From positions 62,001 through 126,000 of the forward strand of contig MU006103.1 in NCBI GenBank assembly GCA_010093705.1: a stretch of 64,000 bases of DNA. Reading direction: 5' to 3'. Made by a program: the position numbers and the translations under genes. The notes under the pieces are model-generated. The model was not told the DNA's origin, ran no database searches, and saw only the letters and a program-made list of their open reading frames with translations. How positions within the stretch are numbered: the first letter of the stretch is position 1; the number at the start of each line of letters is the position of its first letter. Positions 24,430-36,763 of this stretch are shown piece after piece. Origin of the DNA: Patellaria atrata CBS 101060 (Eukaryota).

Positions 24430-26447
24430 ATGGATTCTACGCAAGGCACTATTTTTATGAATAAAGACACAACCAAAAAGGATAGCAACGACGCAGAAAC
24501 ACCTTCCGAGTCGGATAAGCCGGCTACTAACGAGTCCAGCGATGAACGCGCGGCGGCCAAGGTGATTCAGGTAAGACAAAGATGTTGAGTGAATCCAATA
24601 TTGTTCTCCATTCTATATATTTCATCCACACCGATATATGGAGATTGATCGTAAAAGCGAAATTATCGAGGTCATCGCGAGCGTAGAAAGCTCCGCGGAA
24701 TGGGCTTGGATCCTTCAACTCGATGGTTCGAGGTATGAAGTCTAAATCGATACTATCGAATTGCACATAAGGGCTGACCTACGGGGAAGGCAATCAAAGA
24801 GGGTGACCCTATCCATTCCTCTCCGCTCACGTTCCCTGGCTAATCTCGGTTCAGCTCAGTATAGAGATGCGACGAGACCTATATCGCGCCGAAAGCGCAC
24901 CAGCATGAGAGCTCAACAAGCTGAGCAAGCTCTGCAAGTTGGCTCAACTGAGCAACCCGAACAGTCTGGCGAAGCCCCACAAAGCTTACATTCCCCTAGC
25001 CATAGAAGACAATCCTCGGCTGCTCGGGATGCTTGGAAACGAGTCGGCATCGTAGCACGGCGGGCAGGGGAGAACGATACAAGCGACAGTGTATCCGATG
25101 AAGACAAAAGTCTTACGGAAGAGCAGCGAAAAGCTCGATATGAGCAGAAAATGAAGGCTAAAAGGGAGCGGGAAAAGACCGCTAAGATGATGGACTTACA
25201 ATATTTCCTAGAGATGGTAGACCATAAACATCGATATGGCTCAAACCTACGAGCATATCATGAAGAGTGGAAGAAGTCTGATACGCACGAAAATTTCTTC
25301 TATTGGTTAGATCGTGGTGAAGGTAAGCACATTGAGCTGCCGACGGTATCGCGCGAACGACTGGAAAGAGAACAGATACGTTATCTTTCTAGAGAGGAGC
25401 GTCAAAAATATCTCGTCAAGATAGATGATGAGGGACGCCTTAGGTGGGCTAAAAATGGACAAAGGATTAGCACCAATCTGGAATGGAAGGACAGCATTGA
25501 TGGCATCGTCCCAAGAGATGACAACACCACTCCAACTTTTCGTGATCCAACCGAATCTATAGAACAGCATAAGGCCAGAGCAGCGTCTATGACCTCTTCA
25601 AGTGATTCATCTCTTTCTACTGATAGTGAAGACGAAGCTGAAGCAGCGCACTATGTCAATCACGAACTTCGTCAAGCGAAGGGACTTAATAAAATCAAGC
25701 ATGTCTCTGCGGCAACGATTCTCAATCATCTGCTACGGCGATCAGTAAAACCTAATTCATGGCTCTTTGTAGGGAAACTGTACTTACGATTTGTTGTTGA
25801 TACTGACGGTAGAATAGGTTGCCGACACCTCGTTCCGACTATATATTGGTATCAAGCAGTCCGGAGCATTTCAACATAGCTCTTTTCTACATGGATCCCG
25901 GATATCAGCCGCAGGGCTCATTAAGGTGAAGGACGGACAGCTACGGCGATTGTCTCCTCTATCCGGCCATTATCGACCACCAACCGAGAACTTCCGCGCC
26001 TTTGTTCATGCACTCAAGGACGCAGGTGTCGACATGTCTCGAGTCTCGATTTCTAGATCGTATGCTGTCTTAGTAGGACTGGAGATGTACACCCGAACAC
26101 GTAAAAAGCTCAAGCATGGCGCTGAGCATGCGAGTGAACAGAAAGAGAAAGCCTTTCACCCAGAGGAAGCTCGCAAACGAGAAAAGGAAAAGGAAGATAA
26201 TAGTAAGAGTGCGCAAAAGGAGCGAGATATCATTGAGGAGAAGATGCAGATTGAAGAAGAAGTCAAAAGAGACCAAAGCTTGCGGCATAAGTTTATGCGT
26301 AAGTTAGGGTTTAGGTCTAATCCATCATCGGAAGCTAAAAAGGATGTTGATAGCCCAGGGAGAAGGAGAATATTGAAAAGATTGAATGCTCCAGGACAAG
26401 GTGCAGAGGATGCTATACCGCCAGATGGTAAGCGGGAATCCATTTGA
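24430..26447 (+). CDS. IQ calmodulin-binding motif protein (IQM-like family)
   Basis: Spliced IQ motif AAKVIQ|RNYRGHRERRKL; conserved LQYFLEMVDHKHRYGSNLRAYHEEWKK..NFFYWLDRGEGK, FQHSSFLHG..AAG and LSPLSGHYRP. Introns 24571-24657, 24733-24789, 24803-24854, about 25770-25818. Start codon is uncertain. Confidence 0.9.
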
Positions 26448-28584
26448 GTGGGTTTCCTTGCATCCAACATGTTATTTATGAATGATGATAGACGACGTTA
26501 TGGATAGTTATTGCATATAATGCCATACCCGGCGCTGCGTGTTACACTGACAATTTCCTACCATAACGTACTTTACCACTTTATCATTGCACCAGCATGA
26601 TAGTACCAGAAAGGTTATGTCCTCCCATACAGGACAGGTACGACGTGATATCCCGGTGCAATCCAGATCGATTCTTACGGTTACCTTACTGAAAGGGTAA
26701 CTGCGACTCCCCTCCCTTGGCTATCCTGGCTGATATCTTTAAAAATCATTAATCCTTCTGCATCTCAAGTTCTACAAATATTTTTCATTATCCAATACAG
26801 AAACTATATTCAATTGATGACTCTATTATAGATGGTTCAACCAGAATTGCTGTCTATGATCAAGACCCTATGAGTATGGACGTCATCTTCCCCTCGCGCG
26901 GGTGGGATGAGACCCTGACGTTGCTTGCTTTCCCGTCGAAATCTGTTAGCTGCGTCTAAGTTCAACCTCACTCCTGGAAAAGCGATCATCCCGTCTGGAA
27001 CTCGGCGAACAAAGCCATCATTTTCATCCCGAGAATCGAAATTTCGATGCAGGAACAGGACGAAGATAAAGCAACTTCTCAGGAACCACACGCAAGAGCA
27101 GGCTTTTGGGTGTTCAGAAGTTCGGGAACCTCTCGGATCACCGCAACCTTCGCACAGACGAGGCGTTCAAGAAAACGCGCCTCTTCGATCTTCATCGGAC
27201 AATTCCATCGCGAAAACGGAGTCATGGAGGCGACACAAACGAAAAGTTATCAAGGAGATCGCTGTTGGCCTTTGCAAGAAACAGGCATTTTACACGAACT
27301 TACACAGACGACGGCAAGGATGGACATGGCACCAGCCTGCGTGAGCATCAGCCACAGTAGTCATCAAAGCGCCGGAAGGTGGCCATCGACCAAGTTTTTC
27401 CACCCGCCAAGTTCGATTCACGGTCTGATTAACGGTGGCCGATCGTTGCTGGTAGGGCCGCGAGATCCCTTGATAGGCTAGCTGCAACTTTCTCCGAACC
27501 CTGACAACATCGTCCAACGTCAATCCAACCCAGAACTTGAGACCTTCCCGTCTACGCATACCCCGCGTCTCAGAAATACATGCGAAATTATGAGGAATCA
27601 CTACTAGGAATATACGGAGGTACTTGCAGTCGTAGCGAACTCTGTGCCGTTCTCAAGTCATCCTTCGTCTAAACTTTACCTTCGGCGAGCTTACCGATCG
27701 CTTCGGTGCTTGCCCTTGAGTTGTTATAGTGAAACGATTACGTCCGATAGCAGAGAGTTGGTAGTAAGTGCCGCGGTGACTGTGGGCCCCCCGTAATTTC
27801 CTATCAGTCAGACACAGTATCATTCTGTGTGCAAGCTCATGTTGTGCTTGTACTTCGTCCTTTCTTTTACCATATCTTTTGGGAACTGGTTCAGTTATAC
27901 TTGTACTAACGTTGTAACACGTGCCTTTTAGGGTAATGCTTGGTTATACTGTAGGTACAGGTACAAGCATGTAGATATATTACAATAGTAATACTCCGAT
28001 GATGTAGCCCTAACCATCATCATCGATTAAACATGCCACTCCCTCCTAAACGCTCTGGTACAGGTACATCCTAGCCACACCTGTTAGCTGGTAAACTCTT
28101 GTGTCCCACTCCACGGTATGGCTGTTGCCCCACGCAGAGGCTGGAACTCTGCTGGTCTGACGCAATTGCAAACTTATATCACTGCAAATCCCTCTCGATA
28201 TGGTAGATCATTTGGATGATTCGCGTAACTTGCAGTCATCACCAGCCTCGAAAACTTGTTTTCTAGCCTCTTTCCTAGCAATGGTGCATGGGTCTGAGAC
28301 TGAGGCGCGAGCTCCCCGGTAAGACAGCTTCCAGAAGTACCTCTCCTATGCTACGTCATGGCAAATGCTGTTATTCCCCATCCCCCTTATTACCAAAGTC
28401 ACATCTGCCCATACAATTCCCCTTTTCCCTTTTTCTCTATACACGTCTTTATTGACGAAATTACATGAACAACAGTCCATCATCTTACGCATACTACTCT
28501 TTTCCCCCAACACCGAGTAGAACAACTATACCCAACTCAAAATCGAAAACATCCACACCAGAAACTGTACGAACATCAAAAAGT

Positions 28585-31500
28585 ATGGCGCCCTCACCGG
28601 CAGCAGGAAAGGCATCAGAAACGCCTAAGACTCCTACAAAGTTAGGACGTAAGCCACAGTCAAGCCAAACATCAAAGCTTGGCGAGCAGAAACAACCCCC
28701 TAAACTGTCCAAATCGACATCAGATGATGCTTCCGAAAGAGCGTCGGAGTCAGCTGACCAACCACCAAGTAAGGTGGAGATGAAGGATAATGACGACACT
28801 AGCGAGATATCCGAGAAGCCCAAGGATGATATGAAAGAAGCTGAACCCAAACCGATTGACGATTCCGAAGATGCTTCTGCTGGTGCTGAGGCCGATACGG
28901 AAGATACAGCAGACGACGCTACTGAAAAAGCAGGCGAAGTAGGCGAAAGTGCAGAAGATACAGCCGAAGACGAAAGTGAAGCTCCATCTAATCAAGCTAG
29001 CGGTTTGACAGGAAAAGCTAAGAACCTCGCCGGGCGTGCCGCAGGTACAACAAGCAAAGCATTCGAAGATCCTAAAGGAGCCGCCGAGGAGACCTCAAAT
29101 GCAGCCCAAGATACGGCAGGTGATGTTGCCCAAGGTACCAAGGATACCGCAGGCGACGCTCAAAACGTTTTCCAAGACAAAACAGGTGGCACTAAAGACA
29201 CAGCTGAAGATACCGTCGAGGGAGCCAAAGATACAGCCGAAGATACCACTGAGGAAGCCAAAAGCACCGCTGAAGATACCACTGAAAAAGCCAAAGAAAC
29301 CGGAAAAGACGCCGCCGAAGGCGTTAAGAAGACCGGCGAAGACGTTGCCGATGGTGACGCCACTGAAGCTGCTGATGATGTGAAAGACGCTGCGAAAGAT
29401 ACCACCGAAGATGTCGCTGATAACGCCCAAGACAAGACTGCAGAAGCTAAGGATACCGCCCAGGGAGTAGCTGACGAAGCCAAAAACACTGCTGATGATG
29501 CTACCGAGAAAGCTAAGGATACTGCCGAGGATGCCACTGGAGAGGATCTGCCCAGCACACCCGATCTTTCTATTCTCAGAGGGCTCGAAGTCAACAAAGA
29601 CGGCCTCATCTTCGACAAGCAGGGTAACCAGGTCGGTAAACTCGTCGAAGGTGACGCAGAAGACCTCGAAGGTTTCAAAATTGGCGACAACGGAGAGATT
29701 CTCGATGATGACGGTGATCTTGTCGGTCGTTGCGAGCTTACCCCTGAAAAGGCACAAGAGCAAGCCGACAAGGCCAAAGAAGCTGCAGAAGGACCGAAAA
29801 TGCCTAATATCAGCATCCTCAAAGGATTGTCATGTGATCCCACCGGCTTGATCTTGAATGATGAGGGTGATACTGTTGGACGTATCGTCGAAGGAAATCC
29901 TGAAGAGCTTCAAGGTATGGAGATCGACGAGAATGGTGAGATCCTTGATGAGGATGGCGACCTCGTCGGTCGTGCAGAACTTCATGAGGAAGCTGCTCAG
30001 CTCATTGACCAAGAAGGCGACTTGCCAGAAGGCGTTGACGGTGCCAAAGACAAAGCCGAAGACGCTGCTGAAGAAGCAGGCGAGGCCGCTGGTGATGTCG
30101 AAGATGAACTCCCCGGTGTTGAAGCACTTGAGGGCAAGCAGATCAACGACGACGGCCAGATCGTTGATGAGGAGGGTAATGTCCTTGGTGAACTTACCGA
30201 GGGTAAGGCCGAAGAAGTTAAGGGTCTCACCGTTAACGATAAAGGCGAAGTTGTCGATTCAGACGGCAACGTCCTCGGAAAGGTGGAACTGGCAGATGGC
30301 GCAGCTGAGAAGCTTCAGGAAACCGCCGGCAGGTTCACACCAGATACTCGCATTCTCAAAGGCCTCAGAGTCAACAAGAAGGGCAAGATTCTCGACGAAG
30401 AAGGAGAAGTTATCGGAGAGGTTTCTGAAGGAGAGATCAAGGACCTAGCTGGCAAAACCGTCAATGACAAGGGCGAGGTTCTCGACAAGGAGGGTAATGT
30501 GCTCGGAAAGGTCGAGGTTGTCCCTGGTGATGCCGCTGATGAAGCGATGAAGAACCTGCTTGAGACCCTTGACGAGCAACCGCAAGTGAAAGAAGTCTTC
30601 CCTGATCTCCAGATCTTGGATGGCCTTAAGGTCAATAAGAAAGGTCAGATCTTGGATGAGGAGGGTGAACCCATTGGAGAACTCGTCGAGGGTGAGCTTT
30701 CGGACTGCGCCGGAAAGAAGGTCAACGACAAGGGTGAAGTCCTAGACAAGGATGGTAATGTCATCGGAAAGGTCAAGACTCTTGCACAGCAACTATCTCC
30801 AGAGGAGGCTCAACAGGCAATCGATGATGGTGCACACGAAGCGCAAGAAGGTGCTGAAGAGGCACAGGAGGGCGCTGAAGAAGCAGCAGAAGCCGCCGAG
30901 GACGCTGCAGAGGATGCCGGAGATGATCTTCCTCCACCCTCAATTCTTGAAGGTTTGAAGGTCAACAAAGCCGGTAAACTCATCAACGATGACGGTGTTA
31001 TCGTCGGAGAGCTCGTTGAAGGTGACGCCAAAAAGCTGTCCAAGTCCGGAATCACTTGTGATGATCAAGGTCAATTCTGGGACTCTAAAGGTCATGTCAT
31101 CGGCCGCGCACAAACCGTCAAAGTCGATGAGCCCGAGGAAGAAGCACTTTTCGCAGGTCTTGAAGGTCTTATCGTTGTCAAAGACGGTTTTGTCGAAGAT
31201 GAGAACGAAAACAAGGTCGGCAAGGTTGTGGAAGGCGATGCAAAGAAACTCGTTGGCCGCGCCGTCGACGAAGACGGTGACATCATTGATAAGAAGGGCA
31301 CCGTTATCGGTCATGCTGAGCGCTGGGAGGAACCAGAACCCGAAGAGCCCGAACCCGAACCTGAAGCAGATCCACTTGACTTGTCCAGCTTGGCCGGTAG
31401 AACTGTCAACAAACAAGGCAATGTCATTGGTGATGAGGGTGTCCCCATTGGTCGCCTCGTAGAAGGTAATCCTAAGGAACTCGCAGGCAAGAAGATTGAC

Positions 31501-33585
31501 AAGAATGGTCAGATCTGGAATGATGAAGGTGAAGTTATTGGTCGTTGCGAGCTTATCCCTATGGAGGAGCGCGAGAGCAAACCTGAAGGGCCTTTCGCTG
31601 GTCTTCAAGGATTACGTGTTGTCAAGGATGGCCAGATTGCTGATGAAGATGGTAATGTCGTCGGCACTATCGTCGAAGGCAACCCTAAGCGTCTCGTCGG
31701 TCTCGCTGTTGATGAAGACGGTGATATAATTGACAAGTATGGCAATGTTAAGGGCCATGCTGAGCCATTGGAGGAAGAACCCGAGGAAGCCCCTGCTGAC
31801 CTTTCGATCCTTGAGGGCAAGACCTTGAACAAGCAAGGATTCGTCGTTGGTGAAGATCAGATTCCCGTCGGCCGCCTAGCAGAGGGTAACGTCAAAGAAC
31901 TTGCTGGACGCAAGTGTGATGGCGAGGGTCTCATTCATAGCGACACCGGTAAGGTCGTCGGCCGTTGTGAGCTCATTCCAGAAAATGAGCGTGTCAGCAG
32001 GCCGGAAGGTCCTTTCGCTGGTCTTGAAGGCCTCAAGGTTGTCAAGGATGGCAAGGTCGAAGATGACGATGGCAATATCGTCGGTATGATCGTCGAAGGC
32101 AACCCTAAGAAGCTCATCGGGCACAAGGTTGACGAGGATGGCGATATCATCGACAAGTATGGTAATGTCAAAGGTCGCGCTGAGCCATGGGAGGAAGAAG
32201 AGGAGGCGCCAGAAGATTTGTCTAGTCTCGCCGGCTGCACCGTCAATAAGGCTGGCAATGTTGTTGACTCTAACGGGAACATCCTTGGCCGTGTCGCTGA
32301 AGGCGATGCGAAACAAATGATCGGAAAGAAGGTCGACGGTCAAGGTCAAATTTGGGACAATGCAGGCAATGTAATCGGCAGGGCAGAACTTGCTCACGGC
32401 CAAGATAATACTCCCGAGGGCCCATTCTCCGGCTTCGATGAAGCTACTGTTGCAAAAGACGGAACCGTCCAGACACCAGACGGAAGTATCATTGGTCGTA
32501 TTATCGAAGGCGATGTCAAGAAACTCGTCGGTCACAAGGTTGATGAGGATGGTGACATTGTCGACAAGCACGGTAACCAGATCGGTAAGGCTGAGCGCTG
32601 GGAACCTGAGGAGAAGGAGAGGCGCATCAACCCAATGTCTGGTATGCGCGTGAACAAGGAAGGCGAAGTCCGCGATGAGAATGGCGATGTCATCGGTGTG
32701 CTTACTGCTGGTGACCTTGGCCATTGCGCTGGTCTAGAAATTGACGACAATGGTTATGTGGTCGACAATGATGGAAATAAGGTCGGCGAGGTCACTCTGC
32801 TTGAGAACCTTCAGAAACCTGAGGAAGAGATGACCGATGAGGAGAAGAAGAGGAAGGAAGATGCTGAGTTAGCGGACAAGATGGCAAACATTTGCCAGCA
32901 GACACTGGAACGCATTCAACCCGTATGCAAGCAGATCACAGAGGTAAGTTCCATCTATATCACTATCTTAATACAATATGTTCCTATACTAACACACGAT
33001 CAGCACATCGAGAAAGCCGATCGCACCCCCCGCGAGGAGCTCGACGAAGAGGAGCTCGTCAACAATGTCAAGCCACTTATCGAAGAAGGCTCCCGCATCC
33101 TACAAGAATGCAATGGCTCCCTCCGAGGTCTCGATCCCGACGGCCGCATCGCCAACCAAGCGAAAGGCCGGGCCAATACCCGCGAAGCCACACCGGAGGA
33201 GTATAGGCTCGCAGACTGCCTCAAGGAACTCACCACTACAGTCGTTACGACGATTGATAACGCGAAGAAGCGTATTTCTGATATGCCACATGCGAAGAAA
33301 AAGCTTAATCCACTTTGGAGTTTGCTCACACAGCCACTATTCCAAATCATCGCTGCCGTCGGTCTCTTGCTCACGGGTGTGCTGAATCTCGTTGGTCAGC
33401 TACTCAATGGATTGGGTTTAGGGGGCCTTGTTAACGGTTTACTTGGGGGTTTGGGTATAAATAAACTCCTTGGAGGTCTAGGTCTCGGAAGTATTGGTGA
33501 TGCTTTAGGAGGAGGTGATAAGAAAAAGAAGTCCGGCGGGAGCAACATGCCCCTCATCGGTGGTCTTCTAGGTGGTGGGAAGTAA
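28585..33585 (+). CDS. Giant LEA-like / DUF3659-type repeat protein (about 1650 aa)
   Basis: N-terminal acidic 11-mer repeats (AKDTAEDTTE), many L.G..V.K.G.I.D..G..IG...EG....L.G..V...G.I.D..G...G.AE repeats, and a helical Leu/Gly-rich C-terminal domain. One in-frame intron 32944-33003. Start may be 28465 or 28585. Confidence 0.92.
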   Translation: MAPSPAAGKASETPKTPTKLGRKPQSSQTSKLGEQKQPPKLSKSTSDDASERASESADQPPSKVEMKDNDDTSEISEKPKDDMKEAEPKPIDDSEDASAGAEADTEDTADDATEKAGEVGESAEDTAEDESEAPSNQASGLTGKAKNLAGRAAGTTSKAFEDPKGAAEETSNAAQDTAGDVAQGTKDTAGDAQNVFQDKTGGTKDTAEDTVEGAKDTAEDTTEEAKSTAEDTTEKAKETGKDAAEGVKKTGEDVADGDATEAADDVKDAAKDTTEDVADNAQDKTAEAKDTAQGVADEAKNTADDATEKAKDTAEDATGEDLPSTPDLSILRGLEVNKDGLIFDKQGNQVGKLVEGDAEDLEGFKIGDNGEILDDDGDLVGRCELTPEKAQEQADKAKEAAEGPKMPNISILKGLSCDPTGLILNDEGDTVGRIVEGNPEELQGMEIDENGEILDEDGDLVGRAELHEEAAQLIDQEGDLPEGVDGAKDKAEDAAEEAGEAAGDVEDELPGVEALEGKQINDDGQIVDEEGNVLGELTEGKAEEVKGLTVNDKGEVVDSDGNVLGKVELADGAAEKLQETAGRFTPDTRILKGLRVNKKGKILDEEGEVIGEVSEGEIKDLAGKTVNDKGEVLDKEGNVLGKVEVVPGDAADEAMKNLLETLDEQPQVKEVFPDLQILDGLKVNKKGQILDEEGEPIGELVEGELSDCAGKKVNDKGEVLDKDGNVIGKVKTLAQQLSPEEAQQAIDDGAHEAQEGAEEAQEGAEEAAEAAEDAAEDAGDDLPPPSILEGLKVNKAGKLINDDGVIVGELVEGDAKKLSKSGITCDDQGQFWDSKGHVIGRAQTVKVDEPEEEALFAGLEGLIVVKDGFVEDENENKVGKVVEGDAKKLVGRAVDEDGDIIDKKGTVIGHAERWEEPEPEEPEPEPEADPLDLSSLAGRTVNKQGNVIGDEGVPIGRLVEGNPKELAGKKIDKNGQIWNDEGEVIGRCELIPMEERESKPEGPFAGLQGLRVVKDGQIADEDGNVVGTIVEGNPKRLVGLAVDEDGDIIDKYGNVKGHAEPLEEEPEEAPADLSILEGKTLNKQGFVVGEDQIPVGRLAEGNVKELAGRKCDGEGLIHSDTGKVVGRCELIPENERVSRPEGPFAGLEGLKVVKDGKVEDDDGNIVGMIVEGNPKKLIGHKVDEDGDIIDKYGNVKGRAEPWEEEEEAPEDLSSLAGCTVNKAGNVVDSNGNILGRVAEGDAKQMIGKKVDGQGQIWDNAGNVIGRAELAHGQDNTPEGPFSGFDEATVAKDGTVQTPDGSIIGRIIEGDVKKLVGHKVDEDGDIVDKHGNQIGKAERWEPEEKERRINPMSGMRVNKEGEVRDENGDVIGVLTAGDLGHCAGLEIDDNGYVVDNDGNKVGEVTLLENLQKPEEEMTDEEKKRKEDAELADKMANICQQTLERIQPVCKQITEVSSIYITILIQYVPILTHDQHIEKADRTPREELDEEELVNNVKPLIEEGSRILQECNGSLRGLDPDGRIANQAKGRANTREATPEEYRLADCLKELTTTVVTTIDNAKKRISDMPHAKKKLNPLWSLLTQPLFQIIAAVGLLLTGVLNLVGQLLNGLGLGGLVNGLLGGLGINKLLGGLGLGSIGDALGGGDKKKKSGGSNMPLIGGLLGGGK

Positions 33586-34324
33586 ATGATTTTAATTTTG
33601 GATGAAATTGGTCATGAATGATATGAATGGAGAAAGACAGTAAGTGTCACTCCTGGGGATGAGGGGATGATTGTTCATGGATGGATACCATACCTGACAT
33701 ATTGACTTGACGGTCATGTCTTTTCCTTTGTGTCCTTCTCAAAAGTATTCCCTGTACCAGTATCCTTTGTTTTGATTGGACGTAATGGGTGGTTGGGAAT
33801 TGTGTATTTCTAGCGTGTATTTCTGGCTACTTAATGCACCATCGGCTGAGATTGTATCATAGTATAATTACGAATTTCGGTTTTTTGCTCGACGCGGCGT
33901 GTCATATTTGTTCCAAGTGCATGAAGATATTCGCAAGCTATTCATCTAATACTCGATACTGAGATACTCCCTTATACGTTACTATCGGCCCGCTACCGCG
34001 GACACGGTAGGGATTTCCCATGTGTCAGCGAAGTCTCACCGCTGCTGATACTAGGATGAAAACGGATGGGGTCCCATTGTTTGATCCGGCTTGATGACTG
34101 GCGACATTACGATATCGTCGATTTGGGAAAAGAAGCATCACCTTTCCCCGCGTAGAAGGCAGGAAGGACCACACGTCGTTTCTGGGTAGGAGCGGGGTCG
34201 ATAAAAAACTCCTCCCCACGTCCTCGCGCCTCTTCTTCCTTTCTTCCACTTCCGATCAATTCTTCTTGGCTGAAAGAAACTTAACATCACAAACACTACC
34301 GCTGAAACTTCATCAATCATCAAC

Positions 34325-34810
34325 ATGACTGGACAGAATTCGGGTTCCTCTGGGTCTGGTGCTGCATCTGGGTCAAGCGGCTCGGGAGGGTATACAACTA
34401 CGAGCAGTGGGACGAATAGTCAGGTATGTTCATTATCATAGGTGGTGTTAAGCAAGGAACCTCCTTTCCATCCGTATATCTGTCCTAAGGTTGGATGGTG
34501 AACAGAACATATCACTAACATTATGTGGTTAGGGAAACCACTATTGCAGTAGAGACTACGGCTCCTCTGCTTCAAACTCGAACTCGTATCACTACTCAAA
34601 TACGTGAGTTCCATGTTTCTTTCCCGCTTGTGTTCTTCTACCGCTTCCTCATAATTACGGAAATCAAATCAAATGCTGGACCTTTACCATTAGAATCAGT
34701 TGACTAACATCTCTCCATGCAGCAATGGGAGCTATTACTACTCCAACCCCAATGGAAGCACGTACTATAACAGCGGAAGCGGATACTCCAACTATAACAG
34801 CGGAAAATAA
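34325..34810 (+). CDS. Small S/G/N/Y-rich conserved fungal protein (85 aa), copy A
   Basis: Exons 34325-34423, 34533-34603, 34723-34810, all with canonical donors and CTAAC branch sites: MTGQNSGSSG..YTTTSSGTNSQ|GNHYCSRDYGSSASNSNSYHYSNT|NGSYYYSNPNGSTYYNSGSGYSNYNSGK. Confidence 0.9.
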
Positions 34811-34969
34811 ATCTGAGGTTGTTTCATGAACAATCCTGGATAAACATGGAGGAGGTCAACTTATGTGAACGGATGAACTTGGATCCAGGAACAGCCAACT
34901 TGAAATAGTCTTATAACTGAATGCAATGCAGCATACATTAGTATAATCATATGCTAGATCTATATTCTC

Positions 34970-35390
34970 GTCTATCCTGCGCCCAATGACAATTGAGTCA
35001 GCACCCCACCAACTTCATCGTTTATAGCGCCTCGATAAGCCTCCATTCTAAAGCAATTACCAGAAGCTTTAGCCCGGTTTATGTCCGCAACGCTGTAAGT
35101 TTTTGCTCCTAGCTCAGCCAATTCTCTTAAGTTTTATTGACTCAGGGTTTTATCTGTCTCCTCTTCTGCTCTATCGCTATTGTCAGTTGGAAAGATTATA
35201 CGTTCTCGACTGGTTGTGACACATCCCACGTAGGCGCAACTCTTTCTCTAGCTTCCACGTCATCTTGAAACCACTGCATAATCTCAGCTTCTCGGCAATG
35301 CTTCCCTATAAATATGACAGTGTCTGTAACTCCTCCTCCAGACTCCCTCATGTCGTCTGAGGAAGTTTCATCCTCGTTTCCTAGGATTAT
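34970..35390 (-). pseudogene. Possible decayed coding relic
   Basis: Protein-like text (DMRESGGGVTDTVIFIGKHCREAEIMQWFQDDVEARERV.. then, after a frame change, IIFPTDNSDRAEEETDKTLSQ*NLRELAELGAKTYSVADINRAKA..) with one frameshift and one stop. No family recognised. Confidence 0.2.
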
Positions 35391-36050
35391 GAGCGCTTAT
35401 CTGCAGTTTATATCCTACCCAACCCACCTCTCACGCAATGCATCATCGGCTAAGATTGTTTCATAAGAGAGTTACAAATTTCATTATCTATTCACTGCTG
35501 CTCGACTGGTTTTGTTTTATCCTGCATTCTCCGCCAAGATGTTGACAGACTGAGCAACAATATAACAGAAAATCAATATTATCTGATTAAAATAGTTGAA
35601 CGTTCATCTGTTCTATACTATTTCGGTGGATTTACCATACATGGCGCTAATGCATTATCGCTTCTGTCCGAACTCTCGGGAATTCGCACGAGGCTGCGCC
35701 GCCGCCAACCCGCACAAGGCTCAATGCTTGTCAAGATTCACTAATCTGCCCATTGATTCATTCTCACGAACTCGTCATCCGTGATGCATCACAGCCACAT
35801 GCATCCCACCAGAAAAGGAAAGGGAATACCCCGCGATGGTTTGGGCGGTAACGGATGAAAAGCTTCGTGTCACAGCCTCGTGATGTGTTTAGGCGACGAC
35901 ATAGATAAAGAGTACCGTAACCCGCAGCCTCAGGCACCTTTCTCTTTCCTCAATTTTCATTCAATTCACAAATCAAGCACCCAAATCTGAAGCAGCCGAA
36001 CACTTTTGATATATATTATCACACTTCGACGAATGTGTGTGGAGCTGAAC

Positions 36051-36763
36051 ATGGTTGGTTCCAATCTAGGAGCGGACTCTTGCAATGGATATACTGGATA
36101 TAAAGGAGCGGGAAATTTCATTATCACTAGTGTTGGGATAAACGCTGAGGTATATAGTTTGTTCGATTTCAGTCGGGTTGGTTGAGAGCCCTAAAGGTAC
36201 CTGCTACCGTAAGAGCTAGGGCTATTATGGACTACAATATCACCATCCCCGTCCTCATGTGTTACCTGGATGAATTTAGGTGGATTCATGAGTACTGCAG
36301 GGTTTGACTTATAGTCCTGTACTCTACGTTTCTCTGTATAGGAGATCAGTGTCTGATGCTAACACTGTGTTGTATTAGGGAGATCACTACTGCAGCAGAG
36401 ACTATGGTCCTTCAGCCGCGAATCGAAACGCATTTCATTATATTCACGGGTGAGTTTAGCACCTCTTTACCCCTTTTGGCTCTTCACCCTTCATCATCCT
36501 GGTATTATCAGAGATAGAGTAGCAATCAAGGCAAGAAGGTGGAATCAACCCTTGAATTAGATTAGGGCCGCTCCACCTACTGTTTAACTATGCTATCGAA
36601 CGGAAGAAAATACATTAACTAACATCCACACCCTTTGGGTAGAGACGGAAGTTACTACTACTGCAACCCAGACGGGAGCACGTATTACAACAACGGTCGG
36701 GGACGCGAGCGATATGAGCCTCCAGGCACAAGATATGGGAATTCCCACTCAGATTCAGATTGA
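36051..36763 (+). CDS. Small G/N/Y-rich protein (96 aa), copy B, paralog of 34325-34810
   Basis: Exons 36051-36149, 36379-36449, 36643-36763: MVGSNLGADSCNGYTGYKGAGNFIITSVGINAE|GDHYCSRDYGPSAANRNAFHYIHG|DGSYYYCNPDGSTYYNNGRGRERYEPPGTRYGNSHSDSD. Confidence 0.85.

Noticed and set aside
26837..27601. Overlapping ORFs between the IQM-like and repeat-protein genes
   Set aside because: No coherent frame or family; possibly a relic but unsupported.
28494..33385. Numerous antisense and alternate-frame ORFs within the repeat protein gene
   Set aside because: Shadow ORFs caused by biased codon usage of the main CDS.
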